Positions 1-8,789 of a stretch of DNA of 38,904 nt are shown one piece after another; position 1 is the stretch's first letter; each line of letters starts with the position of its first letter. The DNA is from Pseudomonadota bacterium (GTDB lineage: Bacteria > Myxococcota_A > Polyangia > Palsa-1104 > JAEUJZ01): assembly GCA_035437965.1 (NCBI GenBank), contig DAOMZC010000002.1, positions 6,973 to 45,876 on the forward strand, given 5' to 3'. A model generated the notes under the pieces. That model did no database searches. It saw only the letters and a list, made by a program, of their open reading frames with translations, and was not told the origin of the DNA. The position numbers and the translations under genes are program-made.

Positions 1-55
1 GCGGCGGGGTGCCGCAGGTGACAGGACCCGCTCCGGTTCGTATTGCGTTAGGCGC
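1..55 (+). repeat. 55-bp direct repeat, copy 1 (begins at the window edge and may extend further left)
   Basis: nt 1-55 (gcggcggggtgccgcaggtgacaggacccgctccggttcgtattgcgttaggcgc) are identical to nt 138-192. Identity breaks at nt 56 versus 193. Confidence 0.9.
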
Positions 56-137
56 GTTGTTCGAACCGCGCCCCAGCTGAAGCCAAAAACTTTCCATTAG
101 GAGCGGGTGGCGCCGGAGGCGGGGACCCCGACGCGCC

Positions 138-192
138 GCGGCGGGGTGCCGCAGGTGACAGGACCCGCTCCGGTTCGTATTGCGTTAGGCGC
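138..192 (+). repeat. 55-bp direct repeat, copy 2, ending just 5' of the ATG at 193
   Basis: Perfect 55/55 match to nt 1-55, period 137 bp. The intervening 82 bp (56-137) is unique within the window. Confidence 0.9.
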
Positions 193-276
193 ATGGCTCA
201 GATCGATGCGCCCGCTCCGGGAATTGTGCTGCGCGGCGGGCCCGCTCGTGATAGCAAGAGTGTGGAGGACCGGAGC

Positions 277-687
277 ATGGAAGGTGCGGGCCGACATCCA
301 TACTTTGATGACCGCGCGGCGGCCCCCTGGTTTGTCTCTGTGGAGGCAGGACTCGCGGCGGCGCGCGCCGCTGAGCGCCGGGTGCTGCTGGTCGTGAGCC
401 GCCCCGACTGCGGCGGCAGCCGCGCCCTGCTGGAGCGCGTGCTACCCAAGGAGGAGATCGCCGAAGCCGTGCAGGAAAGCTTCATCTGCATCAGCGCCGA
501 CTCCCGCGCCCCCGCCCCCGAGGTCGCCCGCCTCCTTGCCCAGCTGCCCAAGACCGAGCCCACCCCCGTCTGCATCTACCTCGACCCGCGCGCGCCCGGC
601 GAGCCCCGCGTCCTCCACTCCACCGCCGGCGGCCGTCCGCCGGCCGTCTTCCTGCGCGACCTGACCGAGGCCCTGGCCAAGCGCTGA
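277..687 (+). CDS. Thioredoxin-fold family protein (single-Cys CxxS variant), 136 aa
   Basis: In ORF 193..687, the ATG at 277 has GGAGGA (264-269) 7 nt upstream, while the ATG at 193 has no SD. VLLVVSRPDCGGSRALLERVLPKEEI... resembles thioredoxin-like/DUF255-type folds. Family call is by motif recall only. Confidence 0.5.
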   Translation: MEGAGRHPYFDDRAAAPWFVSVEAGLAAARAAERRVLLVVSRPDCGGSRALLERVLPKEEIAEAVQESFICISADSRAPAPEVARLLAQLPKTEPTPVCIYLDPRAPGEPRVLHSTAGGRPPAVFLRDLTEALAKR

Positions 688-717
688 GCTCCCAAGCCCG
701 GTCGAGTTGCGGCGCGC

Positions 718-1209
718 TCAGCTCGGGCCCATCGCCGGATAGTGGACGACCTGCTCGCGCAGGCGCGCCGGCCGCGGCACCGTGATGTCCTCCACGTGCA
801 GCAGGGACCGCAGCCACGGACCGCGCTCGGTCGAGAACTGCTTGAAGCTCAGGCGCCGGGACTGCTTGCGCGCCTGCCCGTAGGTGATCCACCGCGCCAC
901 CGGGTGCTCGTCACCGCTGGCGCTGCGCCCGGTCCAGGTCACCAGCCAGTAGCTCAGCTCCGGCTCCAGGCGCCCTTCCAGGTAGCGCAGGCCGTCGCGC
1001 TCGATCACCTCGGGCCGGTAGACGCGGTGGAACTCGTAGACGAGCCGGCCGCTCGCGTCCTCGAAGCCCCACTGCGGCTGCGCGCTCCACCCGGGCGGCA
1101 GCGGCGGCAGGGGCCGCACGTCCTCGTTTGCATCGCTGGTCGCGCCGGTGTTGCCGCCTTCGCTCTCCCAGGTCGCGAGCGGCTCGGTGTTCGGGTTTTC
1201 CTGTGCCAT
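718..1209 (-). CDS. Hypothetical soluble protein, 163 aa
   Basis: ORF with AAGGAGG 5 nt upstream of the ATG at 1209. GC-rich third positions are typical of the window. No TM segment, signal peptide or recognisable catalytic motif. Confidence 0.6.
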   Translation of the reverse strand: MAQENPNTEPLATWESEGGNTGATSDANEDVRPLPPLPPGWSAQPQWGFEDASGRLVYEFHRVYRPEVIERDGLRYLEGRLEPELSYWLVTWTGRSASGDEHPVARWITYGQARKQSRRLSFKQFSTERGPWLRSLLHVEDITVPRPARLREQVVHYPAMGPS

Positions 1210-1233
1210 GGGAACCTCCTTGCCAGGCTCGGC

Positions 1234-1605
1234 CTACTCGACCGGGAAGTCGACGCTGCGGATGGACTTCAAGATCTGCTCGCAGTCGGCTTGCCCGCGC
1301 TCCAGGTGACCGAGCTGCGCGTGCACGACCCGCTGCATGCGGCTGCTGTCCGCGTACAGGCTGCTGAGCTCTTTGGGCGCCGGCCGGGCGAACTGGTCCT
1401 GCTTGCACTGCGTCGCCATCTGCTGGCGGAACTGCTGCAGCTCTTGGATGGCTACGTGGTCCTCTTTCCCCCAGTGCCAGTATAGGAGTCCCATCAGTCC
1501 GCCGCCCACCACGATGCCCGCCACCGTCAGCAGATTACGCTTGGAGTGCGGGGTGTCCCCGATATGTACCGGGGCTGAGTTTTGCGCTGCGTGCTTTCTG
1601 GTCAT
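1234..1605 (-). CDS. Hypothetical single-pass membrane-anchored protein, 123 aa
   Basis: Internal ATG at 1605 of ORF 1234..2331, with AGGAGG 7 nt upstream. One TM segment (LLTVAGIVVGGGLMGLLYW). The upstream part of the 365-aa ORF is Arg/Pro/Gly-rich and overlaps the better ORF 1728..2297. Confidence 0.6.
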   Translation of the reverse strand: MTRKHAAQNSAPVHIGDTPHSKRNLLTVAGIVVGGGLMGLLYWHWGKEDHVAIQELQQFRQQMATQCKQDQFARPAPKELSSLYADSSRMQRVVHAQLGHLERGQADCEQILKSIRSVDFPVE

Positions 1606-1727
1606 GACAAACCTCCTATGTTGCTGCGGGACAGGCAGTACCCGGGAGACCCCGGGCTGACTGTGACGTGCGGAATTGACACACTGTGCGGTGCCGCCCG
1701 AGCGCACTCCCCCGGGCGCGCCGGCCG

Positions 1728-2297
1728 CTACTGCTTCGCCGGACGACGGAAGGCGCGCATGATCTGCGGGATCGTCTGCGCGGCCAGGATTCCCAGCTCG
1801 ATCGTGGCTCCCAGGGCGCTGGTGATATCGCCCGCGGGGAGGCTGAGGTTGGCTTGCTTGTAGTCGGGAAGCATCGGCTTGGCCGACTCCACCGGTGAGA
1901 CATGGAGCGGCGGCCACCGACGGTGGACCGGCGCCAGCCGGCGCCGCGGCAGCGGCATCGGCCCGTCCACCGTCAGGGTCAGCTTGGCCGCGACGACGAG
2001 CAGAATGCCCCCGGCGACGAGGTTGAGGCCCATGATCACCAGGTGGGCCACCGCGACGGAGAAGCGCTCGACCAGGAACGCGTGCAGGGCCAGATTGAGC
2101 ATCACCCAGCCCACCGCCAAGAGCGTCACCCCGACGAGCGCGAGCAGGAAGACGATCGACCCGCGGCGCACCGTGCGCGAGGCCCGGCACAGCATCGCGT
2201 CGGTGTGCTCCCTGATCGAGCCGCCGGTCGCATGGATCATATGAAGGACGCGATTCTCGACGCGGCCGCCCAGGTGGGCGAAAAACTCCGTGATCAT
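1728..2297 (-). CDS. YqjE/DUF1469-like ('phage holin family') two-TM membrane protein, 189 aa
   Basis: Two long hydrophobic helices (IVFLLALVGVTLLAVGWVMLNLAL and VAVAHLVIMGLNLVAGGILLVVAAKL) follow a charged N-terminus, the layout recalled for DUF1469/YqjE proteins. Confidence 0.55.
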   Translation of the reverse strand: MITEFFAHLGGRVENRVLHMIHATGGSIREHTDAMLCRASRTVRRGSIVFLLALVGVTLLAVGWVMLNLALHAFLVERFSVAVAHLVIMGLNLVAGGILLVVAAKLTLTVDGPMPLPRRRLAPVHRRWPPLHVSPVESAKPMLPDYKQANLSLPAGDITSALGATIELGILAAQTIPQIMRAFRRPAKQ

Positions 2298-2484
2298 CGG
2301 CGTCCCTCCGCGGCCCAGTGACTGTGACCACCGTCGGCTGAATCGTTGGCTGAGTTGTTGCCTGAACTGGGCGAGCTACTGCGATTGTCTGGGGGGCGGC
2401 GCGTCGTGCTCACGATTCCATCTCCGCGTCTTGGGTGTCAGCGCGAAGCTTTGCAAAGGACGTGCTAGGCCGAGCAGGTGGGGG

Positions 2485-3861
2485 CTAGGCGAAGTGCTGC
2501 ATCATGAACGTCTCGTACTCCAGGGTGTCGAGCTTGGACGACAGCAGCCATAGGCCGACGAGGTTGGTCAGCAGCATCGACGAGGCAAAGCCATACCCGT
2601 AGTACTCCGGCCCGAGATACTGGCTGAGCAGCGTGAGGGCGGTATTGGACACCAGGAACACCATGCTGAGGCCGAAGGTGATCCGCCGCTGGTCGAGGTA
2701 GAAGAAGATGTTGAGGACGGCCAGCAGCAGCACCTGCAGCCCGGCCGCCACCACGTCTATGTAGAACAGATACAGGTACCCCTGCGAGATGCCGAGCGCC
2801 CCGAGGAGCTGGCTGCCGCACAGGATAAGCAGGATCACGGTCAGCCCCTGCACCTTGAGGATCTCGTAGATGCCCTGGCGCACCACGTACACCATGGCGT
2901 CCTTCAGGCGCTCCAGGTTGTCCAGGGTGTCGCCGTTGCGCACAGCGTCGTAGAACGCGTCGTAGCGCTCGACGAAATCGGTCTCGATGCGGACCAGGAA
3001 CACGCTCATTCCGGGGATGATCGACAGGTAGGATAGGAAGATCGGAATGTCGTAGATGAGCGAGCTGCGCAGCGGGCCGATGACGTGCTCGCTGGTCGTT
3101 GGGTTATACCAGAACACGATCTTGTCGGCCCAGATCGCCAGGTTGTAGACAAGGCCGACCAGGAACAGGGTCGGGTAGAAGCGCTCGCGCTCCAGGAACT
3201 GGAACGCCACCAGGCCCTTGCCGGGATAGCTGCGCATCACCAGGCCGAGCAGCACGAACATCAGCACCGCGTGCCCGAGCAGGAACCCGAGCAAGAGCCC
3301 AGGGTGCCCGAACGAGCGCAGGAGCAGCGCCGCCCCGACCACCACGGTGCAGCCGATGGCGAACGAGAGGAGCACCTGGCGGTAGGCTTTAAGGGAGGAC
3401 AGCACCACCACCACGATCCAGATGTTGCTCAAGGTGACGAACGTCGCGACCATCAGCACGCGATAGGCCAGCGGCTCGCGGAACAGCGTCGCGACGAGCA
3501 GCGTGCCGAGCGCGCCGCTGCACACGCTGGTCAGGGTGATCGCGCCCAAGAGGTTCGGCAGCACCAGATAGGGCTTTTTCTCAAAGAGCCGATCGGCGAC
3601 AAAGCGCGACAGCGCCAGCTGCAGGCCGCCGGTCAGGATGAGGGTGCTGGCGATGAGGTAGGTGACCGAGATCTGGAAGCGCACCATGTTCTGCGCCGCC
3701 GCCCCCGAGTCGCGCCCGAGGATGCCGATCGCCAGCACGCTGCAGATCGATAGGAGCCACGGTCCCGAGCTGATCGCGCCGGCAAAGCCGTAGGCGCGCA
3801 GCATGCCCAGGAAGCTCTTGGTCTGGAGGAGTTTGCGGAGCTCGAAGCCGATTCCTGCCAT
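2485..3861 (-). CDS. pelG: PelG, polytopic inner-membrane Pel export/polymerisation component
   Basis: Starts MAGIGFELRKLLQTKSFLGMLRAYGFAG..., the characteristic PelG N-terminus. Multi-TM throughout. GAGGA SD 6 nt upstream. Last gene of a pelA-G ordered cluster. Confidence 0.9.
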   Translation of the reverse strand: MAGIGFELRKLLQTKSFLGMLRAYGFAGAISSGPWLLSICSVLAIGILGRDSGAAAQNMVRFQISVTYLIASTLILTGGLQLALSRFVADRLFEKKPYLVLPNLLGAITLTSVCSGALGTLLVATLFREPLAYRVLMVATFVTLSNIWIVVVVLSSLKAYRQVLLSFAIGCTVVVGAALLLRSFGHPGLLLGFLLGHAVLMFVLLGLVMRSYPGKGLVAFQFLERERFYPTLFLVGLVYNLAIWADKIVFWYNPTTSEHVIGPLRSSLIYDIPIFLSYLSIIPGMSVFLVRIETDFVERYDAFYDAVRNGDTLDNLERLKDAMVYVVRQGIYEILKVQGLTVILLILCGSQLLGALGISQGYLYLFYIDVVAAGLQVLLLAVLNIFFYLDQRRITFGLSMVFLVSNTALTLLSQYLGPEYYGYGFASSMLLTNLVGLWLLSSKLDTLEYETFMMQHFA

Positions 3862-3910
3862 GAATATTCCTCAGCGGAGCGCGCTCCGCGGTGAGCCCTC
3901 GGGTGGACTT

Positions 3911-5671
3911 TCAAAGCGTCGGACGCGCGGCGGCTTTTGCCAGGACCGCTGCCGCTGCCGCGGCGGTCGTCGCCGGCCGCGGCGGCGGGACGGCGCGGGT
4001 GACCAGGCCCTGGCCCTGCCGCTGCATCGCCTCTTTATAAGTGCGGCGGTAGTTCTCCAGCATGTCGCGCTGGGTGTAGAAGCGCTCGACGCGGCGGATG
4101 CCGGCCTGCTGGGCGCTGCGCCAGCGCGCCTCGTCCTGGAGCAGCGCCACCGCCGCCTCCGCGGTGGCGTCCGGGTTGGCGATCGAGACCACCGCCCCGG
4201 CGTGTCCGAACGCGCGATCCTCTTCGCCCGCGCCCTCGATGATCTCGCGGCACGAGCCGACGTTGGTCGCGACTGCCGGCACGCCGCTGGCGAAGCCCTC
4301 CAGCAGCACCAGCGGCTGCGCCTCGCTGATCGAGGTGAGCATCATCAGCCCGAGCTTGGGCAGGATGTCCTCGACCTTCTGGAAGCCGAGGAACTTCACG
4401 TGGCCGGTCAGGCTCAGGCTGCTCACCAGATCTTCGCACTCGTGCGCGTAGGCCGGATCCTCGTCGGTGGGGCCGATGATCCAGCCCTCGGCGTCGGGCA
4501 GCCGGTTGCACACGCCGCGCATCGCGCGGATAAACGTCTTGATGTCCTTGATCGGCACCACGCGCCCGATGAGCCCCAGCACCAGCGGAACCTTGTCGGC
4601 CCGCCGCGCGCGCAGCGGCGCGAAGCGATCGAGGTCGATGCCGTTGGGAATGACCTGGGTGCGCTCCTCGGCGGCGCCGTCCTTGATCTGGCGCCGGCGG
4701 TTGCCGTCGTAGAGCGAGATGATCGGGGTCGCCGCGTCGTAGGCGAGGCGCCCGATGCCCTCAAAGAACCGGATCCACAGCTGGCGCACGTAGCCGACGC
4801 CGCCGCGCAGGCCGCCCTGCTGCTCTTCGCTGGACTCCTTGATCCAGTCGGCCTGCGCGAGGTCGATCTTGCGCTCCTTGGTGTAGATTCCGTGCTCGGT
4901 GATGATAAACGGGCGCAAGGTGCGGTGGTGCAGGAGCACCCCGAGCAGCCCCGCGTACCCGGTAGACACCGAGTGATAGACCCGGCTCGGCGGCAGCTTG
5001 CGGGCGATCTCGGCGAGCTTGAACACCGGCGCGTGCATCATGCGCACGGTCCAGAAGTAGTCGAGGAAAGACGTGTCGGTGCAGCGGCTCTGGTACTCAT
5101 CGCAGATGGTCTCCCAGGTCGCCTCGCTCAGCAGGAAGTCGTCGGCCGGGATGCCGTCCGGCTCGCCGATGCTGGAGATGAAGCGGTGCAGGAGCTCGGG
5201 CGGCATCGGCAGCTCGGGGTTGCGCAGCGCCTCGTGCACGAGCTGGCTGTCGCGGAAGCGCGCGACCTTGCCGGGACGGGGGCTGGGCTTGAGGCGCCGC
5301 CCGGCCTCCATCAGGTAGTGGGTCTGCAGCAGCACGACGTTATCGGGCAGCTTGTACTTGGGCGCGCCGTACTGCTTGGGATCACTGCCGAGAAAGACCA
5401 GCGCGAACTTGATCTCGGGCAGCCCGCGGATGATCTGGTGCACCCAGCTCGACACGCCGCCGCTCACGTACGGGTAGGTACCCTCAAGGAGCAGGGTGAC
5501 ATCGGCGAGCGGCTGCGCGGCGCCGTTTTTGCCGTCGGGCAGCTTGGCCGGCGCCTTGGCCTTGAAGAAGCGGGCGAAGGGACACCTGCGGGGCTCGGCG
5601 CCCACCGCCTCGCTGCCGCCCATGCGGGCGAGGATCGCATCCAGGAAAGAAAGCTTCAGCGCGGTGGCCAT
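3911..5671 (-). CDS. pelF: PelF, cytoplasmic GT4-family glycosyltransferase (586 aa, Ala/Pro-rich C-terminal tail)
   Basis: LLLEGTYPYVSGGVSSWVHQIIRGLPE (PelF-type N-terminus). GT4 EX7E-like region SISEAQPLVLLEGFASGVPAVATNVGSCREII. GGAGGA SD. The start overlaps the pelE 3' end by 16 nt. Confidence 0.9.
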   Translation of the reverse strand: MATALKLSFLDAILARMGGSEAVGAEPRRCPFARFFKAKAPAKLPDGKNGAAQPLADVTLLLEGTYPYVSGGVSSWVHQIIRGLPEIKFALVFLGSDPKQYGAPKYKLPDNVVLLQTHYLMEAGRRLKPSPRPGKVARFRDSQLVHEALRNPELPMPPELLHRFISSIGEPDGIPADDFLLSEATWETICDEYQSRCTDTSFLDYFWTVRMMHAPVFKLAEIARKLPPSRVYHSVSTGYAGLLGVLLHHRTLRPFIITEHGIYTKERKIDLAQADWIKESSEEQQGGLRGGVGYVRQLWIRFFEGIGRLAYDAATPIISLYDGNRRRQIKDGAAEERTQVIPNGIDLDRFAPLRARRADKVPLVLGLIGRVVPIKDIKTFIRAMRGVCNRLPDAEGWIIGPTDEDPAYAHECEDLVSSLSLTGHVKFLGFQKVEDILPKLGLMMLTSISEAQPLVLLEGFASGVPAVATNVGSCREIIEGAGEEDRAFGHAGAVVSIANPDATAEAAVALLQDEARWRSAQQAGIRRVERFYTQRDMLENYRRTYKEAMQRQGQGLVTRAVPPPRPATTAAAAAAVLAKAAARPTL

Positions 5672-6777
5672 GAGTGCTCTTCCTCCAACCAGTGCGCGGC
5701 GACGCTGCTGAGCAGCGGCTGGGTATTGAAGTAAAGCGGATCGATGGCGCGCAGGTAGTGGGCGACCATCGGGAACCGCTGCTGGCGGAACGCCACCTCG
5801 GCCAGGTACGGCAGCACTTTCTCCAGCGCCATGCCGAGCACCTGGGCCTTGAGGAACGACTTCTCCGCGGTGGCCAGATCGTCCTGGCGAAGGGCGATGC
5901 TGCCGAGCAGGAACAGGCTCTCGCGATCGTCGGGCACCACCTGCAGGGCGGCGTCGATGTGGCGGCGGCCTTCGGCCAAAAGGTAGCTCTGCACCTCGCC
6001 CTTGGCGAGGCCGAGCTTGATCATCTCAAGGTGCGTCTGGGCCAGGCGCTTCTGCAGCTTGGCGCGCGTGCCGACATCGCGCGCGGTCGCCAGCTGGGTG
6101 ATGAACGACTTGAGCAGGCCGCTGAACCCCTGCTCCTTGCGATCGAGGATCGAGTAGGCGAGCAGCCGCACGTCATCGACCGGATCTGTAAGCGCCAGCC
6201 GCAGCACCTCGGCGTCGTTGTGATCGCGCAGGTGGCGCACCGCGAGCACCGCGGCCAGGCGCCGCTCGGGGGAAGGGCAGTAGCGCAGCATCGCCGACAG
6301 CGCGCCGTCGCCGTACTCCGGGCGGGCGGCGACCGTGGACGGCTGGTGCGGCAGCGCCGGGAAATCGACCGCCAGCCAGGGCTTGGGCGGCGGCGGGCGG
6401 TTGGGGAAATAGAGCTCGGCGAACAGGCCCCCGAGCATGCCGAAGGTGCCAAAGGGCGGCATGAAGAACGTGATCGCGAACAGGAACAGCAGTCCCGACC
6501 AGCGCGGCTCCTGCTGCGACGGCGGCATCATGCTGTGCAGGGCCTGCGCGGTGAGGGCGCAGGCGCCCGCGTGGACCACCACGATGACCACCGCGCTCAG
6601 CCAGCTCACCCGGCCCGACAGCGCGCTGGAGAACGTCAGGACCTCCAGCAGCACGGCGGCCAGGCAGCGCAGCAGGCCCTTGCGGATGAGCGCCGGCGAC
6701 CGCGCATCGTTGCGGTTGAGCATCTCGATCATGTCAGAGCTGGGCAGGTGGCTCTGCGGCTGCGCGTGCTCAGCCAT
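5656..6777 (-). CDS. pelE: PelE, inner-membrane protein with helical-repeat (TPR-like) C-terminal domain
   Basis: Positioned between pelD and pelF. N-terminal TM helices followed by a helical repeat region. Overlaps pelD (8 nt) and pelF (16 nt). The call is mainly by synteny and architecture. Confidence 0.75.
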   Translation of the reverse strand: MAEHAQPQSHLPSSDMIEMLNRNDARSPALIRKGLLRCLAAVLLEVLTFSSALSGRVSWLSAVVIVVVHAGACALTAQALHSMMPPSQQEPRWSGLLFLFAITFFMPPFGTFGMLGGLFAELYFPNRPPPPKPWLAVDFPALPHQPSTVAARPEYGDGALSAMLRYCPSPERRLAAVLAVRHLRDHNDAEVLRLALTDPVDDVRLLAYSILDRKEQGFSGLLKSFITQLATARDVGTRAKLQKRLAQTHLEMIKLGLAKGEVQSYLLAEGRRHIDAALQVVPDDRESLFLLGSIALRQDDLATAEKSFLKAQVLGMALEKVLPYLAEVAFRQQRFPMVAHYLRAIDPLYFNTQPLLSSVAAHWLEEEHSWPPR

Positions 6778-8140
6778 GGATCTCGCACCTTTCCTTCAGA
6801 GCATCGAGCTGCGCCTGCGCCGACTCCGACTCTCCGAGCTCGATGTAGTGCGAGCGCACCCCCAGCTCGCCGAGCGGCTTGCCGAAGCGGTGGTTGGCCC
6901 AGACCTCCAGGCGGTGGAGGAAGCCGCGCACTCCCTCGACATCGGTGAGCGGCATGACCAGGAACAGGACGCGGTGGTCCTTCTTGCTGCGCGCCAGCCA
7001 CTGCTGATCGAGGATGCGGTGCTGCTCCAGGAGCTCGCTCCACAGGGTCGGCGGCGCCGTCGCCGGATCGACCACCAGGCCGAGCAGGGTGGCGGCCAGC
7101 CGGTGCTCGCGGGCGTTCTTGTGGCTGCGCATCAGGCACGTGTGGAACTCGTAGGCACCGCCGCCGGCGGCCAGCGCCAGGAGGTCGCCCATGTGCCCGC
7201 CGAGCATGGCCAGAAGATTCAGGTGATCGCGGCTGAGCGCCACGAACGGCAGCGCCTGCACCGTCACCACGCCCCACATCTTGCCGTGCACATCGACTAG
7301 CGGAATGACCGCCAGCAGCGCCTCGGAGATCCGCACCGGGCCCGACTCCTCCATGAGCGTCTGGGCGGCGGGCCGCGGCGGCGCCGCGCTGTCGGGGCGG
7401 ATGCAGGTCAGCTGCTTGGTCTTGAGCGCCTCGACGAGCAGCGGCGCATCGATCGGCACCGGCTTGGGGTTGCCGAGCTTGGCCACCACCTGCGGGATGA
7501 GGATGTTGTAGTCATCCACGCGGTACAGCGCCGCGACCTGCAGCCAGCCGAAGCTGCCCAGCACCTCCATCAATAGATGGTGCAGCTCGCTCTTGTCGGG
7601 CGAGTCCGGATCGACGGTGAGGACGCGCTCGCGCAGGTAGGTGATGGTCTCGCGCAGGCTGCGCGTGTTGGCCAGGACCGCGCGCTCCAGCCGCTCGTGC
7701 GAGAGCGCCAGCAGCTGGTAGGAGCGGGTGAACTTCTGCACCCGCAGGTGGTGGTGGAAGTTGAGCTCACTCAAGCGGTGCAGGCGGCGGTGCCACATGT
7801 CACAGAACTCGCCGGCGAGCATCCCGGTCAAAAGCAGGCCCAGGGCCAGGCTGCCGGGGAAGCGCGGCACCTCGGGACGGCCGAGGCGAAACGCGACATA
7901 GATGAACACACTGAGCGCCGCCGCGCTGCCCAGGCCCGACGCGAACCCATAGCGCAGCCCCAAGAGCAGCGGCGCCAGCATGAGCCAGGGGAAGCTGGCG
8001 TGGAGGAAGAACGGATCGGCCCGGTGGTACCACAGCCCGAGCAGCGGCAGCATCAGGGTGAGCGCGGCCCACTCCAGCACCACCAGCGCGGGGTGGGGAC
8101 TCGGGAGGTCTTCCACAGTCGGTTGCAGGTGCGTCAGCAT
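6770..8140 (-). CDS. pelD: PelD, inner-membrane c-di-GMP receptor (TM + GAF + degenerate GGDEF domain)
   Basis: Four N-terminal TM helices and a cytoplasmic domain of matching size. RxxD motif (RILD, nt 7007-7018) sits in the C-terminal domain where the PelD I-site lies. AAGGA SD. Position in operon fits. Confidence 0.85.
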   Translation of the reverse strand: MLTHLQPTVEDLPSPHPALVVLEWAALTLMLPLLGLWYHRADPFFLHASFPWLMLAPLLLGLRYGFASGLGSAAALSVFIYVAFRLGRPEVPRFPGSLALGLLLTGMLAGEFCDMWHRRLHRLSELNFHHHLRVQKFTRSYQLLALSHERLERAVLANTRSLRETITYLRERVLTVDPDSPDKSELHHLLMEVLGSFGWLQVAALYRVDDYNILIPQVVAKLGNPKPVPIDAPLLVEALKTKQLTCIRPDSAAPPRPAAQTLMEESGPVRISEALLAVIPLVDVHGKMWGVVTVQALPFVALSRDHLNLLAMLGGHMGDLLALAAGGGAYEFHTCLMRSHKNAREHRLAATLLGLVVDPATAPPTLWSELLEQHRILDQQWLARSKKDHRVLFLVMPLTDVEGVRGFLHRLEVWANHRFGKPLGELGVRSHYIELGESESAQAQLDALKERCEIHG

Positions 8141-8159
8141 GAAGTTGCGTCCTTGGGCC

Positions 8160-8768
8160 CTACTTCAGCGCCAGGTGATCGACCATCGCGCGCATGAGCC
8201 GCTCGGCGACGCCGCTGACGGTCTGGGCGCCGAACCCGCTGCGCGAGCCGGTGGCCACCCACTCGGGCCGGCCGGTCTGGATGTTGATGACGCGCAGGCT
8301 CAGGCCGACCGCGGCCTCGCCCTCGGAGCCGTTGCGGTAGCGCCACTCTTGCACGCTGCCCGCGAGGCCATAGACGTAGCCCTCGGCGCGCGCCCACTGC
8401 AGCGCCTTTTCGTAGCGCTGGCGCTCATCGATGTCGACCAGCGCCACCGACTCCTTGGTCTCGGGGTAGCGCTGCAGATCGATGTTCCACCGCACGCGCA
8501 CGAGCGAGCTGGCCAGCTCCTCGGCGCGCTCCCCGGCCTGCGGCGTCTCGCCGTAGTCGCCGAACGGCAACAGCACCCACCGCGCCCCGGAGCTCAGCGG
8601 CATGCCCGGCCGGATGTCCATCACCGAGGAGCACCCGGCCAGGGTCACCATGAAGAACAGGCCCATCATGAGCAGCCACGCCAGCATCAGGCGCAGCCGT
8701 GGGTAGGTCAGGCGCTCGATGGCAGGAATCGGTGGGACCAGCGAGTCAGTATTGTGCGGAACGTACAT
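8160..8768 (-). CDS. pelC: PelC, outer-membrane lipoprotein
   Basis: Lipobox LAGC after a hydrophobic h-region. GGGGGAG SD 7 nt upstream. About 200 aa. Position between pelB and pelD. Confidence 0.8.
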   Translation of the reverse strand: MYVPHNTDSLVPPIPAIERLTYPRLRLMLAWLLMMGLFFMVTLAGCSSVMDIRPGMPLSSGARWVLLPFGDYGETPQAGERAEELASSLVRVRWNIDLQRYPETKESVALVDIDERQRYEKALQWARAEGYVYGLAGSVQEWRYRNGSEGEAAVGLSLRVINIQTGRPEWVATGSRSGFGAQTVSGVAERLMRAMVDHLALK

Positions 8769-8789
8769 GACGATTCTCCCCCAGCTTTC

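Noticed and set aside
50-80. tRNA fragment (gttcgaa T-loop-like sequence followed by cca)
   Set aside because: The stem/loop lengths do not fit a T-arm (10-nt loop), and no acceptor, D or anticodon arms can be built from the upstream sequence.
1-192. CRISPR array
   Set aside because: Only two copies are visible. The 55-bp repeat and 82-bp spacer are outside usual CRISPR dimensions, and no cas genes are present.
1728-2297. Prophage or lysis cassette, suggested by the 'phage holin family' (DUF1469) resemblance
   Set aside because: No endolysin, spanin, integrase, capsid or tail genes are nearby. DUF1469/YqjE proteins are common chromosomal membrane-stress proteins.
1606-2331. Upstream two-thirds of the 365-aa ORF 1234..2331
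   Set aside because: Arg/Pro/Gly-rich with no features, and it overlaps the convincing membrane-protein ORF 1728..2297. An internal ATG at 1605 with an AGGAGG SD explains the real gene.
2440-2460. Sigma-54-like element upstream of the YqjE-like gene (TAGCAC-N5-TTGC on the minus strand)
   Set aside because: It lacks the invariant -24 GG dinucleotide.
3803-5734. 643-aa ORF on the plus strand
   Set aside because: Exactly antisense to pelF. Its Arg/Ala/Gly/Asp-rich composition has no motifs, the typical shadow ORF of high-GC DNA. PelF on the other strand has clear GT4 motifs and an SD.
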